A stretch of 64,000 nucleotides of DNA, taken from assembly GCA_002269645.1 (NCBI GenBank), contig NIVC01000163.1:310001-374000 (forward strand), written 5' to 3'. The position numbers and the translations under genes were made by a program. Under the pieces are notes generated by a model. It searched no databases and had not been told where the DNA came from. It saw nothing but the letters and a program-made list of their open reading frames with translations. This stretch comes from Macrostomum lignano (lineage: Eukaryota). Below are positions 37,971 through 49,150 of the stretch, piece by piece. Each line of letters opens with the position of its first letter. The first letter of the stretch is position 1.

Positions 37971-38630
37971 TTCAAATGAAGAGGCGGAGTGAAAGCGAAG
38001 CGCGCTTTATTTAATAAACAAAATAGTGATTTTACTAAATAAAATTATTACAAATGCCTGGCAAAAGGATGACAGTGTCACAAGGCATACCAATTATTAC
38101 ACGGCTGGGCCAAGGTCAGGATTGTGGCCCGAAATGGCAAAGCGCGAATAGCACCATGCAGTGGGTTGCCCACGCCAAGGCAGAGCCCTAGAAAATAATA
38201 AAATCGGAGGGGCTGGCAAGTCCCTCGGGCGTACGCAGAATCAGGACATCAGTCCGACAGCGGTTCGGGGGCGCCGGCCCGGAAAATGGGCGCCTAAATA
38301 TACGGGATACCATAGTAAGCCGGTAGAGCCCGTCACTGGGGAGAAGGGGGATGCAGAACTGCATCAGAACAACAGTTCACGGGAAGATAAACGAGTACGC
38401 ATTGCGGGGGCGCTGGCCCGCTATTGAGGCGCCACATAAAGTAGAGCAGGGAGAAATCAGAGGGTGCCTGTCAGCACCAAGTCCACAGAGTCAGAGTTAA
38501 TCGCTGCGTTGGGTTGATCGGTGCACGCAGCTGCGGGCAGTGCGACTAACATAAGTCTTGGCCCTAGGATTAATAACCAGCCTCTCAGGCTGCCTACGGT
38601 TCCTAGCCGGCCTACCGGCATCTACCGATT

Positions 38631-41600
38631 CTACAGTCGCTTCCACCGGAGTGGTGCACAACGACGGCCCAGGGGTCTGGACCACAGAAGAAGCATCACG
38701 AAGGGCGGGAGCAGAAACGAACGGTACAGAAACAGAAGGCATAGACGCATCAAGAACAGGCTCATGCAAATGACATTCACCATACGGCACTGGCTCACGC
38801 CGAAGTGCACTTGCCTGGTTCGCTGGTGTCGTGACCGGTCCACCTCCTGGCTGCACCTCCGGGATCGCCAAAGGCCGGAAGTGCCATCGGAAGGCCGGCC
38901 TTGCGTCGTAGCCGTCATCATCGTCATCGTCGGGGTCGTCCTGGTCGTCCTCGGGATTGGCGTCAGGGTCGCGGGTCCTGCGCCGTCGGGGACGTCGGGC
39001 GGCCGCCGGCGTTTCTTCGGTTTGTCGACTTCAGGGTCCGAAGTTCTCGTGTAGTCAGCGTCAGGCACGAGCAGAAGGTTCCGGCGATGGACGACTAGTT
39101 CGTCTCGTCTAGCTCTCGGGTTAGGCAGTCTCCGTCGAATCTTGTAGACGACCTCGCCCTTGGGCTCGACGACTTCGTACAGCGCTTTGCGAGGTCGATG
39201 AAACTTCGCCGCCTCATCCGGTTCGAGTACCGGGTTGTTAGGAAGACCAGATCACCGGGTTGAAGCTTCTTGGCGGCGGGCAGGTTCGAATAGTGCTCGT
39301 CTCGTAGTTGCTGGTGCAGATGCAGGCGCTCCTTGGCTAGCTCAGTCGCCTCGTCCAGGCGACGTTGGAAGTCCTTGACGTAGTCGGGCAGGTCGGCGTA
39401 CTCGGGCAGCTTCTTCAGCGCGTTGTCGATCGGGAGTCGGAAATCACGGCCGAACACCAGGTAGTGAGGCGTGAAGCCGGTCACCGGGTGCACGCTGGAG
39501 CGGAGAGCCATCAGACAGGCCGGGAGGAAGGTGTCCCAGTCGTTGTGGTTGCGCTCGAGCAGACAGGTGAGGACACTCTTCAGCTGTTTGTTGAGGTTCT
39601 CGACTTGTCCGTTGGAAGCTGGATTGTACGGTGTTGTTGTCGTATGCCGAATGCCAAACAGGTCGCAGAACTTCTTGAAGGCTGAGCCGGTGAAGTTGGT
39701 GCCTTGGTCAGTGTGGATCCAGCATGGTACACCGAACTCGGGATGAAGCGCTCCTGCAGAAGCTTGATGACTGTTTTGGCTTTCTGGTTTCTCATCGGGT
39801 AGGCGAATGGATACTTCGACGTCGCATCGCACAAGTCAGGATGTAGCGGTTGCCGCTCTTGCTCTTCTGCGCGATTGGTCCTACTACATCACAGTGGATT
39901 CTACCCAGAACTTCGCAAACTGGGAAGCTCTGGACCGGAACTCTCTCTCGCCGTCGCGATTTACTTTCAAGGCAAGTGCGGCACTTACTGATGAAGGTCT
40001 TGGTAGCACGGGCAAATCCGGGTCTCCAGAACCGTTCTCGTAGCCGCAGTAACGTCTTCGTCTCGCCGAGGTGTCCACACAGTGGCGAACTGTGGAGCTC
40101 CTGGAGCACCTGGGCGTCAAGGGCCTCAGGCAGAACAACCTTTGGCGGCTGCTGGCCATCAGTCAGATCAATCAGCAGCAGGCCGTTGTCCTCCTGCAGG
40201 TTCTCGTAGTATCCGAGCAGATTCCGCTGCTCCTTAGTCAGTCGCAACCGGGCGTCGAACTCAGGCTTCGGGGCTTCGTTCTCGACCAGGTTGAGCACGT
40301 AGCTGATGGCTCGGTCAGCGCGTTGGGCGTCAACGAACTGTTGGCGAGTCATCGGCAGCTTCAGAAAATCAGTGAGCACAGCGCGGCATGGCTGAGGGGT
40401 CATGACTCCCGCAGTCTCCGCTTTAATGGCTCCAGGTCGATCACACGGCACCGTCTTGTCGGCGTCAGGATTAGGTCGCTCCGAGGGACTTTGTCTCACA
40501 ACGTCGGCGTACGTCCGTTGATCTAGAATCGAAGTTCTCTTCATCGCTCTCATGACAGAAAAATCCGCAGATGGAGCAGCGCGCATGCCTCCACTGCCTA
40601 GCCCAGGCGACTCTTGGCTGTAGGGCGGGACGCAACACGTGAAGCACGCCTCGTCGCTGGCAGCTGTAGCCGTCGGCTCAATCGTAGTCAAAATTGGGTG
40701 AGTCTTCTCCTGCACTGGGCGGTGTCGCAAGGGGGGACTCGACTTTCCGCACAGGCGATGAGCAGCTGTCTGTCGGCCCGGGGGACAGAGCTTCGACCTT
40801 GCAGCTGGCGCGAGATTCTGGCCTCTGTCAACACGGCGAGAAATCTCAGCGAAAGGCTCGGCGGGTTGTAGTTAAATTGCTTGCCTGGAGTTGCGTTGCG
40901 GGCCGTCATCAGAAGGGCTGCTGGTGCGGTGGCCTTTGAATCTTGGTCCGTGGGCGTCTCCAGAGTCCGAGACCTGTAGTCTTGGCGTCGTCAAGGAGGT
41001 CTGTGTCCACAGTGGCCTCAAGGTCTTCGTCCAGGTTGGTCTCCAAGTAGCGGCAGTCGGCGTGGGCATCGTTGCAGAGGGCTGTTGTCACAGTGGCCTC
41101 TGAGTTGTCGTCCAGGCCGAACTCCAGGCGTTGACTGCATCGGTGGGCGTCGTGCTGGAAGGCTGCTGGCGCGGTGGCTTCCAGGTCTTCGTCCAGGTCA
41201 GTCTCGGCCTCCAAGGAGCGAGAGTGGACAGTCTTCGGGAGGGCTGCTCTGGCAGTGGCCTCGGGTGTCGCGTCCAAGTCCGTTTCCAGGAAACGTCGGC
41301 GCTCAGTCTTGGGCTGTCGCCGGCACCGGGTTGGGCTGCAGAACCGGGTGGTTCAAGGAGTCGGCCATGCTCGAAGGTGATCGGTGGTGTCTCCGGTCTT
41401 CTTGACAGGGCGTCGGCGTTGACGTGGTCCTTGCCTTTGCGGTGGTTGAGCTGGAAGCGGAACTCGCTTAGGCGTTCGATCCAGCGGCCTAAAATACCTG
41501 TGACCTGAGTCTGGTTCAGTAACCACAGTAAGGCCCGATGATCGGATCGAACTTCAAATTCTTGCCAATTAAATAATGACGGAAATGTCGCATAGCGTCC

Positions 41601-43635
41601 ACAATTGCAAGCAGCTCTTTCTTCGTGACCGTGTAGCGCTTCTCAGGATCGCGAAGTTTACGGCTAAAGAATGCAATTGGACGTTCGACGCCGTCGGATT
41701 GCAGTTGTCCAAGGCAAGCGCCTATTCGAATATCAGAGGCATCCGTGTCGAGGACAAACTTCACTGCAGGATGAGAATTAAATTCAGGCAGAGCGAGAAC
41801 TTCAGTAGAACACAATTTCTTCTTCAAAGTGTCGAACGCTACTGATGCTCGGGAGTCCAATGCTGCCGCAGGCTGCCAATGTCCTTTCGCGTCAGGGCAT
41901 GCAGCGGCGCAGCCACTCCAGCGTAGCCGTCGACAAACTTGTGGTAGTAATTGGCGAGGCCTAGGAATTGTCTCAGTTGAGTAACGGACTGTGGCACGGG
42001 CCAATCACGGATCTGCGCAATCTTGTCCTCACAGGTCTTCAGGCCGTCGGGAGTCACGACGTGACCTAAATAATGCAGCTCCTTGAGGAACAAATGACAC
42101 TTCTTCGGTTTCACTTTGAGGTTGGCTGCGATGATGCGCTGGAGTACAGTTCGCAAATTATCCAGCTGTTCCTCAAAGGTCACTGAGTGCACCACGATGT
42201 CGTCCATGTAGCCAAGCGCAGTCTTTGGCGTCAGGCCGTCCAGGAGCTTATTGATGCAACGCTGAAAGCTGCCGGGACTATCGTGGAGACCCATCGGTAG
42301 AACGTTAAAACAGAATTGGCCGCGGTCGATTACTGAGAACGCCGTCAGGTGCTGGTCGCAGTCCGCAGCGGGATCTGCCAGAATCCTTGAGCAAGGTCCA
42401 GGCTGGAATACCACTGAGCACCACGAAGCTTCGCGAAGGTTTCCTGGATGTGCGGCAGCGGATACGGGTGATACACACACCTGTCGTTGAGAGCTCTGAA
42501 GTCGTGGACTAGTCGGATGTTGCCATCCTTCTTGGGCACGATGAGCATTGGCGAATTGTAGCTCGAGTAGGCAGGGCGAATGATGTGCTTCGCCAGCATC
42601 TCGTCTAGCAGGGCGTCGAGCTTGTCCTTCAGATGAGGCGGGATTCGGCGCGGTGGTAGCGCAACTGGTGTCCGGTCCTTCAAGATGATCTCGTGGGTCA
42701 CCAGGTGAGTCAGGCCGGCGTCTAGCGGTGCTTGGAGAAGGCCGCTTGACATTCGACTAGTAGATCTCGCACTCTTTGATGTTGTTCTTTGGACAATTCG
42801 CTGTTGATCTCGACTTCATCTAGCCATGCTGTGCTGGACTCTTCAGAGTTCTTCGGGAGATGTCGCACTTCAGGTTCTGGCGTCTCGCTCAAGTACATCA
42901 GGTCGGCAGTTCGGAGTGGCGTCGCGACACCAACACGGATACCGGCTTGCAGAAACACTTCGCTGTCAGCGGTGTTGACGACCTCAATGTAGCCGCGACC
43001 TTCAGGCATCGTCATCAGAGCAGGCGCTGCTTCCAGAGCGTTGCAGCTGGGATGCAGCCTCGACTTAACCAGCTCGACAATTGATGGCGATCCTCGATTC
43101 TCAGGGTGGCCGTCATCCAGTCTGACGGCAAGCAGCGCTGAACTTCTAGGCGGCAGGGTGCACTTCTCGGAGGTGTACACTCGGCAGTTCTGAAGCTCAC
43201 GACGCGAATAGCGAACGGGATGCACGCGCCATTGTTAAACTTCAACATTCCTTGAGCGAAGTCCAAGTTCTGGCAGTGCTCTCGCATAAATGATACGCCA
43301 AGTAAATTTTCACAATCGGAGACCGTAACGAGGAATTCGGTGTCCGCGACGACATCACCGAACTCCACCGGGATGGTCACCTTACAAGCAAGCGGGAGCT
43401 GCGTCCCGTCATACATAGTTACGCAATCGGGATTAGCATGCGATATAATACAACGAGGCATCCGGCGTCTAATAGCGGCCCAGGTTGACGAACCAAGGAA
43501 GTTTTTCCGGCTGCCGCTGTCTAGCAAGAAAGGGACTCTCGACTCGCACTCGACCTGTGACGTACGGATCGGCCTCACGCGCATGGATTTTTTGATTCGG
43601 GGAGGTGTCCACGAAACCTCCGCACTCCGCGTCAC
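38631..43635 (-). CDS. pol: Gypsy pol (protease, RT, RNase H, integrase), split by about 11 apparent 1-nt deletions
   Basis: Protease LLDSGS; RT PRRIP, SPMLIVPKKDG, LDLAQGFWQ, PMGL, YMDD; RNase H DASD, IAFFSRKL, ELLAIV, DHRAL, NADALSR; integrase H-x6-H...CRTC, DVVGP, HTDQG, PASNGQVENLN. Confidence 0.9.
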
Positions 43636-44894
43636 TTACTGACGAGCGACTGTCGGACTGGGCATTGGCGCCTGCACAGCCGACATCCTCTTCTTCTGGT
43701 GACCTCTCGGAGTCTGCCAAGTAGCCTGGGCTTGGACCTCGCGAGGGCGGTGCCGTTGTCGCTCTCCGCCTGGCCGTTTCCCTGGTTCTGGCGCATCGGG
43801 CACTGGGTGTTGCGATGACCGGGCTGTCCGCAGCTATAGCAGATTATCGCTCTCTTTGGCGGACTGGCTACCTGCTGTTGGTCACGCTGCACCAGGTGAT
43901 CAAGCATTCGCTGCTGTTTCTCAATCAAGTCGGTTAGAGTCAGCAAGGCTTGGGCGGTGACGTCGGGCTTCGGGTCGCCGTCCTCCTCCCCGTCCAACAT
44001 CCTAACCGGGGGTTGAGCAGATCGGTGCGCCAATTCTTTGGCGCCTTCTAGTCGTCGTAGCTCTCGAATCGCAGCAAGAAGATTGTTCGGGCGAACCCAG
44101 TACAGCCGTTCGCGCAGATCTGGAGTCGTCCGGATACCAGCAAGAAATTGATCAGTAATCTCCTTCTCGCGGTCTTCAGGATGCATTCGAGGATATGCAC
44201 GTTCACCCAGAGTTCTCAGGGCGTCAGCGAACTCTTCTGCTGACTCATTCTTGCCTTGTTGACGACGTCGCAACAGTTCTCGATACTCATCAGCACCACC
44301 ATGACGGGCAAATCGCTCAATCAGACGTTGCTTGACCTCCTCGTAGCTGGCGAAACGCGGAAGATTCATACCAAGCAAGGCTGGATACGCAGTAGCCAAA
44401 TCGAGACTCGCGATGAGGTGTTGCTTCATCTCGAACGGGTCGACGATGCGCTCCATCTCGCAACGCTGCTCGAACGCGGCAAGCCAGACATGAATGTCCT
44501 GACTTGGAGTATACTTCACAATCTTAACTTGTTTACTCACAGGCCGCTCCATCTGCTGCTGCAGAGCTGCCATCATGGTCCTCACGTCCTGGTGCGTGAT
44601 GTTCCGGCCGATGTTGTCCAGGCCTTGCAGAAGCTCGTCTGGCGGGTCGTCGGACACGTCGCTTCTGGCACCTCGCCTCGGCGTCGGCTGCTGACCAAAG
44701 TCGTTGATCGCTGCTGCTGCTGCGGCGTCCGCTGCCGCAGGCCTCGAACTGCTGATGTGCTGATCCAGCCGGCTGCTGCACCGGCTCTCGTCTCGTTCGT
44801 TGAACATGTTGAACTCGTAGTAGTTACTGGCCGATGTCGTTCTCGAAAGAGCGGTTGGCTTGGGTGTGTCGTAGTCGGATCCCACCGCTGCCAC
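43632..44894 (-). CDS. gag: Gypsy gag with a CCHC zinc knuckle (first ATG at 44807)
   Basis: Uninterrupted frame with a capsid-like WLAAFEQRC segment and the knuckle CYSCGQPGHRNTQC. Confidence 0.9.
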   Translation of the reverse strand: MAAVGSDYDTPKPTALSRTTSASNYYEFNMFNERDESRCSSRLDQHISSSRPAAADAAAAAAINDFGQQPTPRRGARSDVSDDPPDELLQGLDNIGRNITHQDVRTMMAALQQQMERPVSKQVKIVKYTPSQDIHVWLAAFEQRCEMERIVDPFEMKQHLIASLDLATAYPALLGMNLPRFASYEEVKQRLIERFARHGGADEYRELLRRRQQGKNESAEEFADALRTLGERAYPRMHPEDREKEITDQFLAGIRTTPDLRERLYWVRPNNLLAAIRELRRLEGAKELAHRSAQPPVRMLDGEEDGDPKPDVTAQALLTLTDLIEKQQRMLDHLVQRDQQQVASPPKRAIICYSCGQPGHRNTQCPMRQNQGNGQAESDNGTALARSKPRLLGRLREVTRRRGCRLCRRQCPVRQSLVSK

Positions 44895-44940
44895 CAGTGA
44901 AATAGATAGCGTTTTTCTCGGGGTGGCCTGGTAGGTCTTT

Positions 44941-44960
44941 GAATCCCACCGCTGCCACCA
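44941..44960 (-). promoter_or_regulatory. Primer binding site for tRNA-Leu (second copy at 44879-44896)
   Basis: The plus strand reads GAATCCCACCGCTGCCACCA, matching the 3' end of eukaryotic tRNA-Leu(AAG/TAG)+CCA as I recall it, 1 nt from the 5' LTR. Confidence 0.88.
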
Positions 44961-44961
44961 G

Positions 44962-45957
44962 TGAAATACTTGGGGTTTTCTTCCCGGTTTAGGCCCTTGC
45001 GGATTACCTTAATCTTGAGCCTCTTCAGTGGGAAGTTCTCTCAACTCTCTCAGTAGCGTAGGTAGTGCTGCCACCAGTTCCTTCAGGTCTCGGCCTTCGA
45101 TGAGGTGAGCTTCCCGTCGGAACGAAATAAACAAGTCAACGAACTCAGCACAGTGTGCAGATTTGCAGATTAATGAACAAGGCGTCCTGATCAGCAGATC
45201 CCCGCCGGGCTCAGGGGTGGCTAGGAAGGCAGTGTTAGCCTCCCTTAGGCTTGGGCTTTAGTGGGGTCTCAGTCAGACCAGTACAAACGGATTCAGTACG
45301 CAAAGGGCACTTAGTTAGACACTGACGCACACGGGTTCTTAGTGAATTCTCCGCAGATAAGAAGCCAAAATCCTTGACGGAAACAAGGGGAGAGGGGTCC
45401 TATTTATAGCCGGGAAACACCCACGCACAAGACCTCGTGACTTGTTCTATTTTTAGAACTGACGTCACTTGAGATCTCGAGGCAGGGTCTCAGTGCGCGC
45501 AAGACCTCGTGACTCGTTCTATTTTTAGAACTGACGTCACTTGAGGTCTCCGGCCAGAGTACACGCGGCTGTGACTCAGTTGCTATTTTTAGCAACATGA
45601 GTCACTCCTCTCCTTAGAGAAGGGAGGGTTCCGAAAGCACGTGATTCTCCCGGTAAACAGGGCCAACGAGTGCAGTAAACATGTTTACTGCACTTTAGGA
45701 CTCGAAGAACGCAGAGTCTGTCATGTGACTTGCTCACATGACAGAGGAAAACGGGACGGGAACGAAACAGAGACAGCCCACAGCAGAGAAGCTGAGGGCT
45801 GAGAACAGAGACACAGAAAGGCAGAACAGGCCAAGGGCAGCAACAGACGGGCCAAGGGGGGTGGGAAGCTGACCAGCGGCAGACAGCAACCCAGGGCGAG
45901 GGCGAGGGAGACTGCTGACAAAGTGGGACGCCTAACATCAACTAGCGGATCACTACA
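44962..45957 (-). repeat. Gypsy 5' LTR
   Basis: See the 3' LTR; this copy is adjacent to the PBS. Confidence 0.95.
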
Positions 45958-46612
45958 ATTAGCTGTTATAAAAACGCGGAATCTGCACGCAGCACTAATT
46001 AGCTGGCGAGGCATTTAGCTTTAAAAATATGGTCATAGTTACTCCTGCCGTTTACCTAAAGTTTTTGCTTGGCTCTTTCATAGGTAAGTCGCATTTTTTA
46101 TCGAAAACTAAGTCGCACGGCCAGCGTAATTTCAGAAGTTGCGCATGTATGGACCCAACCGGACGAATATCCAAAGCAAAATCAGACTAAAACCTAACAA
46201 AAGCAACACAACGACCCAACCGGATGAATATCTGGAGCAAAATCAGACTAAAACCTAACAAAAGCGACACGACAATCAAACCAGATGAAAAACCCTGCAT
46301 CCCTATCGAATTGTGTCTACTCTTGAAAATATAGTGCCGACTTAGTAAAACATCTACAGTGCGCTTCTGTCAATGGATACCGTGAAGAGTAAAGAAGTAA
46401 GACACTTGTCAGTTAGTGTTAATACAAACTATGTAACGTTCCATCTTGCAATTCATTAAACTGTTCCAAATCACCTATAAGATCAATATACTCCTCTGTT
46501 TTTTTTTATTCCAAAGATGTTGTACAATACAGTCAGTAGGCGCATAGTCGCTAGTCATCTAGGCGCATAAATGCGGGAATTTAAAATCACTTCTGACTGG
46601 CCAAAAGTATGT

Positions 46613-47125
46613 TCAGAAAGTCGCCACAGCTGACTTGCCATCCATGGCGCTCTGATCGTTGTCCCCCTCCAGATGCTGCATTTCGACCTCTCTGGCATCT
46701 CTAGCGTCATCGCCGTCATCAGCGTCATCGCTGTCAGATGCAGCTGTTGTATTCAAGAGGGTTGGCTGACAGACTTCGCGGCTCTGAGCAGAGTCAGTGG
46801 AGTCTATAATGACGACTGTTGTGGCCTTTGGCTTTGGCGGTTTTGGCTGCTTCCGCTGGGGGGGAGGGGTGGAGCGCGTTGAGAGTTCCAGTCTCTGCCG
46901 CGCAGTCGCAGTGCATTGCGTGAACGCCTGACTTAGACTGTCGGCAGTGCACTGCACCCCAGCGTTCGCAAGCCACACACGTACTGCAGCTAATTTTCCC
47001 AGGTTTGCAGGTGAAGAAGTGGCCTGACTGGGCGCCTTGTGCCCTGACAGTGTGCAGCAGGCGAATTCCTTGTCCATGAAGACGGCACACAGGGCAGCTT
47101 GGAGAACTGATCGGCAACTTGACAT
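46613..47125 (-). CDS. EnSpm accessory ORF with a BEN-like domain, 170 aa
   Basis: LCAVFMDKEFACCTLSGHK...NLGKLAAVRVWL...LSQAFTQCTATARQR fits the BEN-domain pattern by eye and is followed by a basic and then acidic tail. Confidence 0.55.
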   Translation of the reverse strand: MSSCRSVLQAALCAVFMDKEFACCTLSGHKAPSQATSSPANLGKLAAVRVWLANAGVQCTADSLSQAFTQCTATARQRLELSTRSTPPPQRKQPKPPKPKATTVVIIDSTDSAQSREVCQPTLLNTTAASDSDDADDGDDARDAREVEMQHLEGDNDQSAMDGKSAVATF

Positions 47126-47167
47126 GAACGTGAACCTTGTTGATGCTTAAGTAGACTGGACACACCT

Positions 47168-47545
47168 CTACCTTGCTGGTTGACCGTGCAAGTTTGCGAC
47201 TCTCATTGATCCGTAGTCATTGCAATGTCCACCGTTTTGACTGCAGTCTCCTTGGTAGTTTATGTAGCACTCGTTGCACACAGTGACACATTTAGTGGAG
47301 CCGATGTAACTCTGGGTGGACTTTAGCATCCGCCACATAGTTCTTGCAATGCGCGGAATTTGACTTCCCGGAACCAGACAATGCACAAGACATAGAAGTC
47401 TGGTTATTTTTTTACTTGGGATTCCAAGATCAATGGCGCAGTCGTTGATATGACACACAGCTTCACCAATGGTGCCCATGATGGGTTCGCCATTGTGCCA
47501 CGGTAGCTGTAGCCAGGGATCAAGAACTAGCTGTTCCTAGCCATC
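47168..47545 (-). pseudogene. EnSpm/CACTA transposase N-terminal fragment (catalytic core missing)
   Basis: Reads PIMGTIGEAVCHINDCAIDLGIPSKKITRLLCLVHCLVPGSQIPRIARTMWRML...CNEC, resembling the LL..L...LP...LP region and Cys cluster of CACTA transposases. There is an upstream stop, and no DDE core before the BEN ORF. Confidence 0.6.
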
Positions 47546-47559
47546 GCTGTCGCTGGAGT

Positions 47560-49150
47560 CAAGTGACTCAGCGTCACTGCTGTCACTGGAGTCTGTGGGA
47601 AACGCGCGATAGGTTTTCTGTATCAATGGATATTGGGGCCGCATTTTGCAGATCCTTGATGCTACTCACCATGCTCAGAGGGCTCAGAGTTTGGTGTCTC
47701 TGTACCGTCGCTGCCATTGCGGCCAGCGCTGTTTATGGACTCAGTGTCACTGCAGCTTTGGTCGCCTTCACTGTTGCCGTCACTGGAGTCTATGGGAAAT
47801 GCACGATAGTTTTTCTGTATCAATGGATATCGGGGCCGCATTTTGCAGATCCTCGATGCTACTCACCATGCTCAGAGGGCTCAGAGTCGGGTGTCTCTGT
47901 ACCGTTGCTGCCATTGTGGCCAGCGCTGTTTATGGACTCAGTGTCACTGCGGCTTTGGTTGCCTCCATTGCTGCCATCACTGGAGTCTGTGGGAAATGCG
48001 CGATAGTTTTTCTGTATCAATGGATATTGGGGCCGCATTTTGCAGATCCTCGATGCTACTCACCATGCTCAGAGGGCTTAGAATTGGGTGTCTCTGTACT
48101 GTCGCTGCCATTGCGGCCAGCACTGTTTATGGACTCAGTGTCACTGCAGCTTTGGTCGCCTTCACTGCTGCCGTCACTGGAGTCTATGGGAAACGCGCAA
48201 TAGTTTTTCTGTATCAATGGATATCGGGGCCGCATTTTGCAGATCCTCGATGCTACTCACCATGCTCAGAGGGCTCAGAGTCGGGTGTCTCTGTACCGTC
48301 GCTGCCATTGTGGCCAGCACTGTTTATGGACTCAGTGTCACTGCGGCTTTGGTCGCCTCCATTGCTGCCGTCACTGGAGTCTGTGGGAAATGCGCGATAG
48401 TTTTTCTGTATCAACAGATATTGGGGCCGCCAATATGACACATATGACACACAGATGCGGATATTGGGGCTGCATTTTGCAGATCCTCGATGCTACTCAC
48501 CATGCTCAGAGGGCTCAGAGTCGGGTGTCTCTGTACCATCGCTGCCATTGCGGCCAGCACTGTTTACGGACTCAGCGTCACTGCGGCTTTGGTCGCCTCC
48601 ACTGCTGCCGTCACTGGAGTCTGTGGGAAATGCGCGATAGTTTTTCTGTATCAACAGATATTGGGGCCGCCAATATGACACATATGACACACAGATGCGG
48701 ATATTGGGGCTGCATTTTGCAGATCCTCGATGCTACTCACCATGCTCAGAGGGCTCAGAGTCGGGTGTCTCTGTACTATCGCTGCCATTGCGGCCAGCAC
48801 TGTTTACGGACTCAGCGTCACTGCGGCTTTGGTCGCCTCCACTGCTGCCGTCACTGGAGTCTGTGGGAAATGCGCGATAGTTTTTCTGTATCAACGGATA
48901 TCGGGGCCGCATTTTGCAGATCCTCGATGCTACTTCACCATGCTGAGAGGGCTCAGAGTCGGGTGTCTCTGTACTGTCGCTGCCATTGCGGCCAGCGCTG
49001 TTTACGGACTCAGCGTCACTGCGGCTTTGGTCGCCTCTACTGCTGCCATCACTGGAGTCTGTGGGAAACGCTTGATAGTTTTTCTGTATCAACGGATATT
49101 GGGGCTGCTTTTTGCAGATCCTCGATGCTACTCACCATGCTTGGAGGGCT
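47560..49150. repeat. 197-bp (some 240-bp) tandem repeat inside the EnSpm element, about 8 copies
   Basis: Periodicity is visible in the ORF starts at 47646, 47843 and 48237, and at 48490 and 48730. Confidence 0.9.

Larger units (their letters stand above)
36966..45957 (-). mobile_element. Full-length Ty3/Gypsy LTR retrotransposon (8992 bp), very recent insertion
   Basis: Two 996-bp TG...CA LTRs, 4-bp TSD ATTA (36962-36965 and 45958-45961), PBS, PPT, and domain order gag-PR-RT-RNaseH-IN. Confidence 0.96.
34721..46151. mobile_element. Non-autonomous TIR element (hAT- or P-like) nested in the EnSpm subterminal repeats, about 2.4 kb without the Gypsy insertion
   Basis: Perfect 15-bp TIR CATACATGCGCAACT (34721-34735 and 46137-46151) and 8-bp TSD GACCCAAC (34713-34720 and 46152-46159). 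Removing it rejoins a three-copy repeat of about 59 bp in the host element. GGTAAGTCGC-type subterminal motifs occur at both ends. Confidence 0.85.

Noticed and set aside
37990-38630. env-like third ORF in the Gypsy 3' region
   Set aside because: No long minus-strand ORF with a signal peptide or TM segment.
38497-44900. Plus-strand ORFs antisense to gag/pol
   Set aside because: Expected shadow frames of GC-rich coding DNA; no motifs.
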